A DNA stretch of 64,000 bases, from contig NC_043014.1 of the NCBI RefSeq assembly GCF_006345805.1, positions 18,910,001-18,974,000 on the forward strand. The letters run 5' to 3'. The DNA is from Octopus sinensis (taxonomy: Eukaryota). The notes beneath the pieces were generated by a model. That model searched no databases, was not told the origin of the DNA, and saw only the letters and a list, made by a program, of their open reading frames with translations. How positions within the stretch are numbered: position 1 is the stretch's first letter; the number at the start of each line of letters is the position of its first letter. Shown piece after piece: positions 41,411 to 55,267 of this stretch. Position numbers and translations under genes: made by a program.

Positions 41411-41674
41411 CTAAACAACAACAACAATAACAACAGCAATTACAGCAGCGGCGGCAGAAGCAATGACGATGCTGATGATGATGACTACAACCGCAAGAAA
41501 GCCACTATCAAACAACTATGATAAAGTGCGTGAACTCACATTATTACAATGTAAAAATAAAAGGAATCGATGAAGCTAAAACATTAATCAAAATGTTGAG
41601 AATGACCCCCGAATTAATTAATATCTGGGATGGTACTGGTGATGATGATAATAAATAATAATTATTATTTCTAC

Positions 41675-43320
41675 TCCAGGCACAAGGCCTGGAAAGGTTT
41701 GACGTAACTGGTATTTATTTTATCGACTCCGAAGGATTAAAAGTAAAGTTCACCTCGGTGGAATTTGAACTCAGAACGTAGCAACAGACGAAATACCGCT
41801 AAATATTTCACCCAGCGCGAACGATTCTGCCAGCTCACCACCTGAAAAGAACAACCCTTTCTTCAATAAACGGAAGGTCTGAATCATTTTTGAGAGTGGA
41901 TTGGGTTTCGGTTACTTGATTACATTGCCCCTTGTGCTTGATTTGTACTTTATTTTATCGACCTCAAAAAATAAGAGAGAAAGTTAACCTCGGCGACATT
42001 TGAACCTAGAATGTAAAGAACCGAGAGAAATGTCACTAAAGGTTCCTTTTAGATGCGCTGACAGCACAGCCAATTTATTACCTTAATAAAAATAGTAATT
42101 TCTAATTTAGGAACAAGGTCAATAATTTTAATGGGGTTGGGTAGAGCAGTCAGTACCATTGATCTCAGCACTTGAATGGCACTTTATGTTATTCGAACCG
42201 GGAAGGACGAAAAGAAATTGGAATCCAGAGTGAATTGAATTTAGAACTTAAAAAGCAGGAAAAAAAATATCGCATGGCATTTTATTCGATACTCTACAGA
42301 TTCTGTCAGCCATTAATAATGATTGCTAGGACAAATAATTCTTTCTGCTATGGACACAACGCCTAAATTCTGGTGGGGCGGGGGAAAATCGATTACATAG
42401 ACCTCAGTGTTCAACTGGTACTTATTTTATCGACTCTCAAAGGATGTAAGGTAAAGTCAAATTCGGCGATATTTGAGCTCAGAAGTTACAGACGGAAAAA
42501 ATGCCGTTAAGCATCTTGCCCGGCACGCTAACGATTCTGCCACTCTCGCTGCCTTATAAACAATATTAGAAATGGTTTCAAATATCGGGACAAGGCCAGC
42601 AATATCAAGGAAGGGTAAATGCCACTAAGCATTTTGGGCCGTGTGCTAACGATTGTGCCACCTCACCGCCTTATAAATAGTATCAATAATCCTTTCTACT
42701 ATAGGCACAAGGTCTTAAATTTTATAGGAAGTGATAAGTCGCTTACATCGACCCACAGTGCTCGACTGGTACTTAGTTTATCGACCCCCAAAATGATGAA
42801 AGCAAAGTTGACCTCAGCAGAATTTGAACTCAAAACGTAAGAACGGACGAAATGCCAGCAGGCATTTTGCCTCGTGTGCTAACGATTCTGCCAGCTCACT
42901 GTTTTATAAAGAGCATTAATAATAATTATTGTTCTTAACGTAAGAAACTTTCCAGGCACTACATGGAGGTAAAGGATATTGTCGATATAATTCACCCCTC
43001 CCCCACTGTTAAACTTTGATTGGCTTTTAACTCATATCTTTATGGCACGTAACTAAAGGCTATACGCCTTATGTTCGACACTCGAACATAACGTGACGAG
43101 GACACTCGAACATATCGTAACGGGGACATAATGATTTATGAATGCTTTACGAATGGTGGGGGAATTGTAGCAGAATATATTGATGCCGGTACTTAAGCAA
43201 GGAAGCTTGATAAGACAACATCATCGTTAACTGGATTTGATCTCAGAATGCTTAGAAATTTAACTGAATACCCCAAAGTCATTTTATTTGTAGCTTTACC
43301 GATTCTGCCTCTCACCAGTC
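41675..43320 (-). mobile_element. Cluster of about 7 diverged family A SINE copies in the same orientation
   Basis: Recurrent GGCACAAGG...TTTATCGAC...ATTTGAACTCAGAA...ACGATTCTGCC units starting near 41680, 41870, 42110, 42352, 42590 (partial), 42704 and 43170. Confidence 0.85.
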
Positions 43321-43959
43321 TAGAAAATACAGCGAAATAATGAAGCAAATTAATAATTAAAGCGATAAAATAAAAGAATTAGATAGAGAAGAGCGATGGA
43401 AGAGGGAAAGTAACAGAAACAAAAAGACAGGAAGAATGAAATTTGCTTTGAAAGAAGATAAAAGAGAGAAAGAGGAAAGTCATTACATAACAAATTAGCC
43501 TGCTGAAATTGGATGCGCGGATAGTTTCAGCTTTCTTATTGGAAAGACATTAGCAGGAATTTGAAAATAAAAATATAAAAAATTAAATTTAAGAAATAAT
43601 AAACAATAGAAAAAGTAGTGATTTGAATAAATACCAGCAAAAAAATGACGAACTGAATGATTGCAAACTGAATTTGAAGAATATGATAATACAGAGCTTA
43701 GTTTGGAGACTGTTTTTAAATTAAAACAAAAATATTTCAGCAATTCTTGAATTATTGGAGTGTGTATGCAATCAAAAGAAATGGCGGGCAATGCTAGTTC
43801 AGCATGTACCTTACTATATTTAGAATTAATGAGATTTTTGAACATTTTCTGAGAATATAATCGCCTTTTGGTTTAATTTAATATCTCGTGCAACGATTAA
43901 TTCTAAGCTAGACCAGCCTCAATCGACATAAGGAGGAACTGCACGATTAGCAAGCTAAA

Positions 43960-44195
43960 ATATAAATATAGATTTATATTTAACGATCTAGTGAGAGAGA
44001 ACAGTTAGATTGTCATTTGTTTTGCTATAAATAGCAGCGAAATAGGCTTCATATTACACTCCACTGCTTTAAAAATATAACAAACGTATTCTCTACAATA
44101 AATAAATATATGGCGATGGCGTTGCTAATGGAATCTTGAAAGCCTTAGATCATGTAACTGCTCGATCGAGTGTAGCTTAAAGGCTAAACGATAAG
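43960..44195 (+). mobile_element. Decayed copy of a third SINE-like family (AAATAGCAGC core motif, GGCTAAAC tail)
   Basis: GCTATAAATAGCAGCGAAAT...GATCAT...CTGCTCGATC...GGCTAAAC. Inverted homologues at about 29455-30010 (split by the MITE) and 53660-53945. Confidence 0.5.
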
Positions 44196-46009
44196 AATTC
44201 AAACATCAATATTTGACTTTTGGTTTCATCACTCTTACAAATCACTTATTTAGATATCCAAAAACAACACGCACACACACAGAGTATATTCTTTAGAGAT
44301 TCCAACATCTTAAATCTCGATGCGCCCAATCACCCTCCCGAAGTCTAGTTTTTACATTATCCAACATCACACTAATATAACATATCTTAAGACCCGCAAC
44401 AAATACTACCGGGCGTTTTGCAGACGCGCTAACGTATTTTTGCCTTCTCCCAAACTTTCATCAGACTACATAGCGGCAAATGGATAAAAAATCTGTTTCT
44501 CTCTCCGCTAACCTATGTCGATTTTGTATGAATTGCCTACCTCACGATTTGAACCCTGAACTGAGATCCACAGTAAATAACACAATGCTTTCTAAAGGAA
44601 ACCCTAATGACCCTGTTAATGGTCCACCCTGTTTACTCAATACACCTGAAGAGCTAAAACTGCAATATATTCGAGTTTCCACACAACATTTCTAATTTAA
44701 AACATGAGAGTGTTCATAATGCAGAACTCAACTAAGTTAAAACATGATGTGTATGGTACATAGTTGTTTGACCGACTACATTTGTTCCATAGGGCTGAGA
44801 AAGGATGACGCAAAGCACATCTAGAAAATAAATTAAAAAAATCTACTCACCCTTTTCCTCTATGAGACATATACTTCGTTTCCTCCATCTCTATTTCCCA
44901 CGTGACCACCCCATGAAAAATTGCTTGCTATGCTTACATTTCTTCATTCCCTCTTCACACTCAAACTTCCTGAACAGAGTATTATGATATAAATTTCATA
45001 ATTCTTTGAAGAAGAGACCTATCCTATATTTCAGAATTCATTTCTCTTCACGGGAAATAAGTTTATTTCATTTTAGCAATTGTATATAGTTAGTTACATA
45101 ACATTCACAATTACTGTCATATATTAGAAACCATTAGAGTAATAATGCTTTCTTTATAGAAACCATTATAGTAATAATGTAAAATAAAATCAATTACTGA
45201 CTACATCTGAAGAGAGAAAAACAAAATCATTATATTTTCATTCGTTTCGGTCTCTGTTCGTAACAGGTCAAATATTTCTTCATATTATATAACATAATGG
45301 TACAGAGAGATGTGTAAGATGGTGAGTATAGCATACGTAGTTATTCCTAAGTAACATATAAAGACCGTGTTTTAAACAGTAGAAAATCAGGGAAGGGCTA
45401 TGGCGGTCAGTCAACAATTATAAATAAGAGAAAACCATTTAGCTGGGGGAGAAATATGTTCTAACATTTTGATTAAGAAGTATAGTCGGTGAATGATTAG
45501 AATAAAATATATTTGTTCGAACTGCAGCGAAAATTGGTGTTAAGCTCTATTGCAATACCTATGAAAACGAGCAGATTCCTTTTCCTCAGCTCTAGTTTAG
45601 TTTAACACTATGTACAACGCTAAAGATACTGACTGCCCAGATATAAAAAAAATCTACATCCACAATATCATATTACCACAGAAATTTACTATTTTGCAGT
45701 CACTTCTAAAGAGGAGGATCAATTAAGTCTGTATCGATCTTATTTGATCTGGGTTTAAGAAGAAAAAGACGATTATCGGAATTATAGTGTATAGTGAAAC
45801 AAAATTCCTCAAGGCATTTATTTGCTTTCGTTTAATTTCAATTCCCACTCAGGTTGATCTCACCTTTCATTGTTCAAGCATAAATAAAATATGTACCAAT
45901 CAAGTTCTGAGAATATATGTGACTATCTAACTTCTGTTAACCACTACGCTTTTGTTTTGTCTTTTGTGTTTTGTGTTTTTATTGGCGATGGTATTACTTT
46001 AGTATTCTT

Positions 46010-46370
46010 AATAATAATAATCCTTTCTATTAAAGGCACAAGGCCTGAAATTTTAGTGACTGGACTAGTTCATTGCATCGACCCCAGTGTTTCACTGTTA
46101 CTTAATTTATCGAACCTGAAAGGATGAAAAGCAAAGTAGACCTCGGTGGAATTTGAACTCAGAACCTAAAGACGGACGAAATAACGCTAAGCATGCTAGC
46201 TTAGGCACAAGACCAGAAATTTTGAAGGGTGGTTAGTTGATTACATCGAACCCTGTAATTGAGTCGTACTGTATTTTAACTAGGCAGCATTTGAACTCAG
46301 AAAGTTAAATATCGGAAGTAATACCGCAAAGCATTCTGTACAACACCAACACTTCTGCCAGATCGCCTTT
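46010..46370 (-). mobile_element. Two tandem family A SINE copies
   Basis: Two GGCACAAG...ATTTGAACTCAGAA units. Confidence 0.82.
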
Positions 46371-46522
46371 GTTACAATATAAGAGCCAACTGTCAGCCGC
46401 CAACGAGTATGGCTTTGAAAATTATATCATAGTTTTGTTAATTGTTTTGGTATCTATGGAGTCACGAGCAGACAGACACTTCGCCGATACCTTCGTCTTT
46501 GGACACAGAGAAACATTCAGTG

Positions 46523-46748
46523 AAAAGCGGTGAGCTGGCAGAAACGTTAGCACGCGGGGCGAAATGCGTAGCCGTATTTCGTCTGCCGTTACGTTCTGAG
46601 TTCAAATACCGCCGAGGTTGATAAATTCCGCCGGTGTCGATAAATTAAGTACCAGTTACGCACTGGGGACGATGTAATCGACTTAATCCGTTTGTCTGTC
46701 CTTGTTTCTCCCCTCTATGTTTAGCCCCTTGTGGGCAATAAAGAAATA
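46523..46748 (+). mobile_element. Family A SINE of the same young subfamily as 15750-15980
   Basis: Nearly identical head and tail. 14-bp TSD AGAAACATTCAGTG (46509-46522) and AGAAACGTTCAGTG (46749-46762). Confidence 0.92.
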
Positions 46749-47395
46749 AGAAACGTTCAGTGTATGGTAGCTGGTTGAATAATGAGCTGTGTCAGAACTC
46801 TGATGAGGCTCATTTTCAACTGAGTGGATTGAAACAACGTGAAATGGGGTTCCTTAGCAAATGGTTTGATCGACTAAACATTCTCAATGCGGTGCTCCAG
46901 CGTGACCGAATAAATGAAACAAGTAAAGGGAGTGTGTACATACACGCACTACCATTTGTGCGTGTATATGAATGAATAAATATTCTTATATTTTCGTTAC
47001 TTATATATTCATTACTGAACATTGTAACGGGCAAAACTTTTGAAGAATATGCATCATCCACATTCGCCGATTAACAATGATAACGCGCGCGCGCGTGTGT
47101 GTGGGGGAGGCATACTTATCACTTTATGCAAAAAAAAAATTCCTGGTGATACGTTGTGGTTGAGCTTTCAAATACAAATGGAACACTGTTGGTGTGCTCC
47201 AAACAAATATAAAGGTGAAACGCGTGTAGGAACTATAATATACATTTCTGTTTATCCTTATTTCTTCAATGTATGTATATATGGAACTGCAAATACAATA
47301 CCCTTATATATCTCACTTCTATTTTCATTCTCTTACTTCCCTCTGTAGTTCATATCTTCTCTACAATAATTAATGCTCAAACATTTTCTCGCACC

Positions 47396-47443
47396 GTCTC
47401 TGATGAAGGGATATATAAAATATCCCGGAAACAACTGTAAGAC
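47396..47443 (+). ncRNA. Minimal type I hammerhead ribozyme motif (Penelope-like)
   Basis: GTCT-CTGATGA-A-GGGATAT-ataaa-ATATCCC-G-GAAA-CAACTG-TA-AGAC gives stem I GTCT/AGAC, core CUGAUGA, a 7-bp stem II, GAAA, a very short stem III and a GUA triplet. Confidence 0.7.
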
Positions 47444-47717
47444 CTTTTCTTGATAAATGCTATGAAAACTGTTTACAGCCTGAGAATTTTTTATCTAATT
47501 CTATCAATTTATATATGTATGCAAATGCATGACCCACGTTAGACTCCTCATTCATATCATTATAATAGATCCTGGAGCTTAACCATCGTCTGACCATAGC
47601 ACTTACTTAGCATTACCCGACACCTTTTGGGTCTTCTTGACACCAATACCCCTCATACCCTCGATATATATATATATATGAATACACACACACACACACA
47701 CGCACATATATATATAT

Positions 47718-47750
<33 letters not shown>

Positions 47751-47767
47751 CGCACATATATATATAT

Positions 47768-47852
<85 letters not shown>

Positions 47853-48725
47853 TATATACATACACACACTTATAAACTTATATGCTCAACCCATCCACAT
47901 AAGCACACAAAATACCTATATAACTAATATCTAATGTAATATTTCATTCTTGTTTCTTACTCAATCTCATTCAGCATACAAGTATCGCTTTCAATCCTTC
48001 TGTCTGTCAGTTTCTCCCTTTCTCTTATCCTCCTTCTCTCTCTCTCTCTTTCTCTCTTTCTCCCTCTTTTCTTCTGTCTCTTTCGCACCAGTATTTCTTT
48101 ACAACATTAAGTAATCTCTGTTTATTCAGAGATTCTTCTAAAACGATGCCTCATCAAATTTTCACATTATTTCATATATATGTCTATATTCATAGCATAC
48201 TTTTCTTTATAAACATATCTTTTGTTTGAAATGAGGGCATAGATGGGTGGTGTCTAATATTCCTTTTCGATTCGAACCCAATCAAAATTCCATTTCTATC
48301 AATACAATTTTTGCTCTTTTATTTGTAATAAATACAATTATTTATGAAATAGAATTACATCTTTTTCGTTGCCTTTTTTTAGCTACCCGCCATTTTGTTT
48401 AGTTTTTATCAATCAGGAAATAAAAATTCAATGTTATCTCGAAGGTTTTCGCCTTAATCTGTTTGTTTCTCCTTTTCTCTCGTTTCTTTTATTTGTAAAT
48501 ACAACGTTGCTTGATTGAATTTTTTTTTTACTTTTCATATATTTTCATTATATTTTCCTAATGTTTAGCTGATTGCTTTTTTTTGTATCATATTTGTTTG
48601 TTTTCGTGATTGTCATTGTTGCTTGTTGTTCTTATCAGTATCCAGTTTAACGCTTATTGATTAAACGGTTTTGTTTATCGCTGCAATATTCCACAACAGC
48701 AACGACTAGAAAAAGGAAGAAAAAT

Positions 48726-48769
<44 letters not shown>

Positions 48770-48913
48770 TCTCCACAACACCCATCCTTTCTATAACTAG
48801 TATCACAACACTACTGTTACTACTTTTACTACGACTGGTCTCTTTCCCAAACAGTTTTCCTTCATGCGACTATATGTCCTTCCCTTCTCCATCTCCTCCT
48901 TTCCTCTTACAAT

Positions 48914-48968
<55 letters not shown>

Positions 48969-49219
48969 GCAGTTGTGTACCTTACATACTTTTATCCCTA
49001 TAAGATAATGAGAGAGAATATCACTACCACTCAACCCGCTAAAAATAACAACCAAATTCCTCTTATAAACCACACGTACCGTCTTGTTACAAATGAAGAC
49101 ACATTATACTAGGAAACATTAGCCTTAAAGACACGAATGCCTTAGAACAGAGAACTGCTCGATTAGGTCTCAGTAAATTTTAAATAATAAAAACACTACT
49201 GGTTTAAGGTTAAATTAAA

Positions 49220-49430
49220 GGCAGGGAACGCGCAGAAATTTTAGGATGTCGGCCAAAATTTTTACCATCATTTCGTCCAAGTTTACGTTCTGAGTTCAAA
49301 TTTCACCGAGGTTGAATTTTCCTTTCATACGTTTTGGGGTCGATAGAATAAGTTGAGCACTGGGGTCGACGTAGTCGACTATATCCTACCCCAGAACTTG
49401 CTGGCCTTGCGCCAAAATTTGAAACCAATT
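49220..49430 (+). mobile_element. Family A SINE copy (diverged)
   Basis: ACGTTCTGAGTTCAAATT...CCTTTCAT...GGGGTCGATA...GGCCTTGCGCCAAAATTTGAAA. Confidence 0.8.
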
Positions 49431-51065
49431 TAAGGTTCAACAATAAAAGGAAAAGACAGGCACTGAAGTTTTCGAGCGGCCTTTGGTGATAAACAATTTT
49501 CATCGAGTCTCTTAGCTAGAATCTATTTGCTCAAATAATGAAACGATTCAGAAACCATTCAGCTATCTAAATCAGCGAATTCTTCATTCATATGTGAACC
49601 GATGGGGAACAGTTGCGTAGTTGTATGCATTGTTGGCGCTAACAAACATTTGCCTTTCATATCTCATATGACCATCTTAAAATAGTAAGGCATACATTAG
49701 ACAATGTAGTTCCTGATGTACAAAAGTACGGATCGTCATGGCCGGAAGAAATCAACAGTAGAACCTCTTTTTTGTAGAACATTTATTCGAAATCATATTG
49801 TCTTAAGAAAAAACGAAACAAAACAAAAAAAAAATGTGTTTTGGACAATGTCGATCCAGTTATATAAAACTACGAGATGCTCATGGCTGAAACGTTGAGG
49901 TAAACAAAAGCCGCCAATCTTTTCAAATGGGTTGGCAAAGTTACTTGCATTCGATTGTTTGAACTTGTGCTGCTGAAGGACACAGCATACATATGGTAAA
50001 GAATCAAACATGTGAATCTACTGTTTCAGATGCTGCTTCACAAAAATTATTCTAGGAAGATGACAAGGCTATAAACTTATAAAAGTTAGAGAATGAAATT
50101 CCCCAATAGATTACTGATACTTAATTAAATCTGTGTATGTTGAAGCGTGAGGTAAATATGTGGCATGCATTCAATCCCAATAGATAACTATTCTGTCTGT
50201 TTTGGGGATTAACAAGGTTAGGTGATTGAAAAAATAGGATAGGTGTAGGGGAAGATGTATATATCTGACTGAAACTTGTTATTTTTTTTTATTTCTTCTC
50301 TCAGCCAGAGTGTTACAGGAGAAAAGATAAAGCTAACCCTCATAAGATTTGAACATGGAATGTAAAGGAGACAAAAAACAATAAATGTTCCTGCTATCCT
50401 AACATCAGACAAAACGGACAATGCCATGCGTTTGACAATTGCCATTTTGCTTGTAAATCCACGTTCACAATAAAATTATATTTATAATTTACACAAGGAG
50501 TATTTCAAGAGACGATCTCCTAGTAGTTGATGTAATATGTTTTATCGATTCTTGTGAGACAATGGGAAAAAATGCTCTAACCTTCTGCCCTGCAACTACC
50601 TCGGGTTATTCACTTATTTCTTACAGATATTAACCTAAATATCCCACGATTCCCAGAATAAGATTTTCATCTCTCTAAGCTCTGTAGCAAATATAATATC
50701 TTAGCGAGAAATTTGTCGTGATGTTTTACTAGCGAAATTAGTTGTGCTAGGAAAACATTACAAAATGTTTCCTTTACAATACAACCAAAGAAATAGCTAG
50801 TGTACTCGTGTTGTCCAAAAATGATGTCCACTCGATGACTTAAAGGAAATATTTTCAGTAAAAGGTACAAAGTTTCTTTCTAGCCGAAATTTTCACTACA
50901 TATACATGTACATATAACTATAAGGGCTCGTTCCCCTGCTAACAATATATATTGTGTATACAAGGTGTAGCACTGCACCAATAACCAGCTGGCGGAAGAT
51001 CTGCCTGGGGTTTAACTAGTAGTAACATGGAACAGCCACTTTGATGTGGCGATTAACTTTACTTG

Positions 51066-51101
<36 letters not shown>

Positions 51102-51140
51102 GGGGCAAGATTACAATCCTGTAAATAATGATATATATAT

Positions 51141-51195
<55 letters not shown>

Positions 51196-51198
51196 ACA

Positions 51199-51247
<49 letters not shown>

Positions 51248-51532
51248 TGCATTTTATAGAATTCAACCAGTGTGCTTTTTAAATTCTACGCTCATTCACT
51301 AATTCTCTTCATGCTTTTCGACGGCCTTCTCCTCCTGCAGCTGCTCCTAAGCGTGACAGCAAATAAATATACAACACTAAGTATCATATCAGGATTCGCC
51401 TGTGAAATATCATTTTTGAGTTATCATCGTTAGTTTATGTGTGGAGCCGTGCATATTTTCAGTTAAGAAAATAATAATTTCTATATAAGCAACTGTACGA
51501 TTTATTTTGGTTAGTGTAAGGGGGTCCACATG

Positions 51533-51574
<42 letters not shown>

Positions 51575-52469
51575 AACTACTACTACTACTACTACTACTA
51601 CTGCTGCTGTTGCTGCTGCTGCTGCCAGGAGACCCTGATAAAATGGAGGGTATATCAATTAGGGTTGTTAGGAATTTACTTTTCAGTAAACGCCCCTCTT
51701 TAAGAAGATGAAAATTAAATTATATAGGTACAAAACCAACGTGTATCTGAAAAAGAGTAGAATTGTCCTAATTGTCAATTAACTATATGAAATTATGTAA
51801 AAACCCTCTGTCTTCCCTTGTACCTCTCTTGCAGTTTTTTTCTTTCTCTTTCTGATCTTAATATCTCAATTCATCTAATAAAATCGATCCAATACAGGGT
51901 CACATGTGCCTTACATTTCGACGTAAACACCCAACTAAATTTGGTTCACAGAAGGGCTTCGGTTCCTCATTAAAGATATTTTGTTGAGTGTGAGTATTCT
52001 CTACCCTATAATTGTAGTTATTATTTTCTTTTAAAAGACATGCCTGCCGTATTATACCTTCTAATTTTACCACTGTCAGTTTGTTTTTCTATTTCTCTAG
52101 CATTCATTTCACCCACATACACACAGATATGCATGCATACATGAATACACACTCACACCCACGCATATATGTATGCATGTACGTATATATTTGTGCATTT
52201 TTGTGTGTATGAATATGTATAAACATTGAAGTACGCGTACATTGTTTTACTTCATATTTTGTCGTTGATCAAGGGAAATTTCATTCAATAAGCTTTGCGT
52301 ATCTTACAAATATCAAAGTCGTTCATCAAATATGATTCAACCTGTTGAAACTTAAGTGTGAATTTTTCATATTTTCTACAACTTATCAAGTTGAATTACC
52401 TCGTCGATGGAGCCCATCTGTTATATGCTATCATAATAAGCCAATCAAATAGTAAGATACAAGAAGTAA

Positions 52470-52682
52470 GGAGACGAGCTGACAGAATCGTTAACACGCC
52501 GAAAAAATAAATTTCTTAGATGCATTTCTTTCGATTTAAAATTCTGTGTTCAAATTCCGCCGAGGTCAACATTATCTTTTCGCGATCGATAAAATAAATG
52601 CCAGTTGAATGAGCACTAGGGTCTATTAAATCGACATATTCCCTCTCCCGAAATTGTTGGCCTGGTGCAAAAGTTTGAAATC
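52470..52682 (+). mobile_element. Family A SINE copy
   Basis: GAGCTGACAGAATCGTTAACACGCCG...GTTCAAATTCCGCCGAGGTCAAC. Confidence 0.8.
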
Positions 52683-53402
52683 AGTAAGACATATAAGTAT
52701 ATAATGGTATGGAGGACATGAAACACTATATGAAATCTTCATATCTCTATAAAATGTTTGCTCGGGTGAGTCCCATAGACCTGCGATCAATAGCCGTGGT
52801 TGGATATAATTTTAGACGTTACGGAAATCCTTGTCGGTTATATAATGAGAAAGTGTGGGATTTACAGAGTATTCACTGAAATGTTTTTATCACATATGTT
52901 GTCAGTATTTCCTTTATATTGACAAGAAACCATAATCCAACCGGCTGATAGTCTTTTGATAAACTACAGATAAAACGAATTTTTTAATGACACACGAGGT
53001 CACACAGTTGATTATGTAACAGGAAAACAAACATAACATTCCGCATTTAAATAAAGTCTTATTAGGTATTCTGTGTACACAGGAAATATTTTATAATACG
53101 GTTTTCTTTGTAGGCGATTTATTATATTTATCCGCCTTCCCAGCTTCTCTAATTTTCTTGTTTATTCAGACATGAAATTAAACATTTATGAAAAACTTCT
53201 ATGGAAGTCGTTTAGTTGTGGCAAAACTAAAAATATACAAATAGAAATAATATCCTACAAGTTGTTGCTCTTGTTGTTTAACCAGTGGTTAGTTCTAATC
53301 GAACAAGCACATGAACAAAGATGCTCCACACTTGACTCTCCCGTAAACAAGAGACTATATAATATCGTGTGGTAATCAACACAATCTGTTATACATATTT
53401 AT

Positions 53403-53611
53403 TTCAAATTTTGGCACAAGGCCAGCAATATCGGGGGATAAGTCGATTACATCGACTCCAGTGTTCAACTGGTACTTATTACTTTATCGACCCGAAAGGT
53501 TGAAAGCCAAAGTCAACCTGGGCTGAATTTGAACTCAGAATCTGTATTTGGACGAACTGCCGCTAAGCATTTCATCCGGCGTCCTAACGATTCTCGCCAT
53601 CTTGCCGCCTT
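53403..53611 (-). mobile_element. Family A SINE copy
   Basis: TTTCAAATTTTGGCACAAGGCCAGC...ATTTGAACTCAGAA...GCCGCC. Confidence 0.85.
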
Positions 53612-54014
53612 CAATTTATTATGCATAGTAATCTCTGCTCTTTAACTAAAGCTAATAATGTTGTTCAGCCCCGGGTCGCCACCTACCTTATTGAGTTGAA
53701 CCATGGTCAAATGCTTTCAAACGATGACCATCAGGTTTTTGTTTATTTGAAGGTAAATCCTGATCGCGTAGATCTCTAAAACCAAAGGCATTTCATCTTT
53801 ACCCTCCAAAATTTATCGAAGATTTTGTAATTAGGATTAGATTAAGTTTGTTGTTTCCTTAGTTATAATGATGGTATGTAATCTGAAGGAGATTTGGCTT
53901 CTGTTACTAGCAGCTTACCTGAGCATATTAATGTACCTCTCTTAATTTATATTTATATTTCTCAGTGGGATTTGACACATGTTACAACTAATCATGATGA
54001 TTATATGCCATATA

Positions 54015-55267
54015 CAGGGTGGGGCAGAGAGAACGGAGGCTTTTGAAAAATTCACAAAATCATTAATTTTAGCTGCAAACAAATTTTATTGACATCAATG
54101 CGTTTGTATTGAATTAGCATTTGTCAAAATCAAGTGTGGAAAACAACATCCATCATGTGGTGTCCGTCTTCATTGTTGCATTTCTGAAGGCGTTCTTTGA
54201 AGTTGGCCTCTACTCTCTCTAGCATTGCTCTGTCGATTTTGGCGACTTCCACGCGAATAGCTTCATTCAAATCGTCCAATGTACTGGATTTATGCACATA
54301 TCCGCATATCTTAAGGTTTCCCCACAAATTATAATCACACATGGACAAATCAGAACACCGAGAAGGCCAAGGAATATCAGCAAACCTGGAAATGAAGCGG
54401 TCACCGAAACGATGGCGAAGAAGGTCCATTGATGCTCGGTATGTGTGGGCCGTCGCCCCAACCTGCTGAAACCACACGCGTCAAAAAGGCATAGGTTTTC
54501 GTTGTAATTCAGGTACAAAGATGTTGATTTTCATCTCGATGTAACGCTCGGGGTTCACAGTAATAGCATTTCCATTATTATCTTCAAAAAAGTAAGGACC
54601 AATGTTAGTAGCTTTTCCAACAGCGCACCAAACCGTCACTTTTGGGCTGTGCAGTGGTCTTTCGTGCAGCTCTCTCGGATTTTCAAGAGCCCTATAACGA
54701 TAGTTCTGTTGATTCACCGTGCCATTGAGATGAAAATGAGCTTCATCACTCATTAACAAAATGAGGTTTGTCATTTGCTTCAAAAATTACTTCCATCTGA
54801 CGTGCGAAGGTAAGTCACTATGAATAGTCCCAATGACCAATTTGTACGGGTGGAAATGCCAGTCTTCATGTAAAATACACCTTACCGATCCATTCAGTGG
54901 AAATCCTCCAAGCAGAACGATTCGGACCCCGTATCAAAGCTTGTCTGACGCGTCCACATTTTCCGTTCGTGACGCCCCCGCCAGTCTCCTATTCATTAGT
55001 GTACCTCGTGTACGAAGTGCATTCACCCAACATAAGATTGTGTTACGGGTGGGAACAGCCTGATCACGCTGAACTGCTGTGACAGACTCGTTATTCTTCA
55101 CGTAACTGTCAAAGGCAAATACGTGATGCGTTATCGTCCACAGTACCATGAAAAGAGAAAACAAAATGCTAAGCCATCATGAACCGAATGGTACCTTTCG
55201 GACATATGTCTCTGCTCCTGGGGCTGAGTAGTAGCCATTTCAAAAGCGTCCGTCCTCTCTGCTCCAC
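54015..55267 (-). mobile_element. Tc1/mariner DD41D (rosa/Visitor-type) element with a frameshifted transposase
   Basis: TIRs CAGGGTGGGGCAGAGAGAACGGAGGCTTTTGAAA and TTTCAAAAGCGTCCGTCCTCTCTGCTCCAC (right end clipped). MSDEAHFHLNG, HSPKVTVWC, and WFQQVGATAHT...WPSRCSDLSMCDY with 41-residue spacing. Confidence 0.92.

Noticed and set aside
41675-43320. Repeat-spacer-like periodicity suggesting a CRISPR-type array
   Set aside because: Units are about 200-bp diverged SINEs with irregular spacing; there are no cas genes and the context is eukaryotic.
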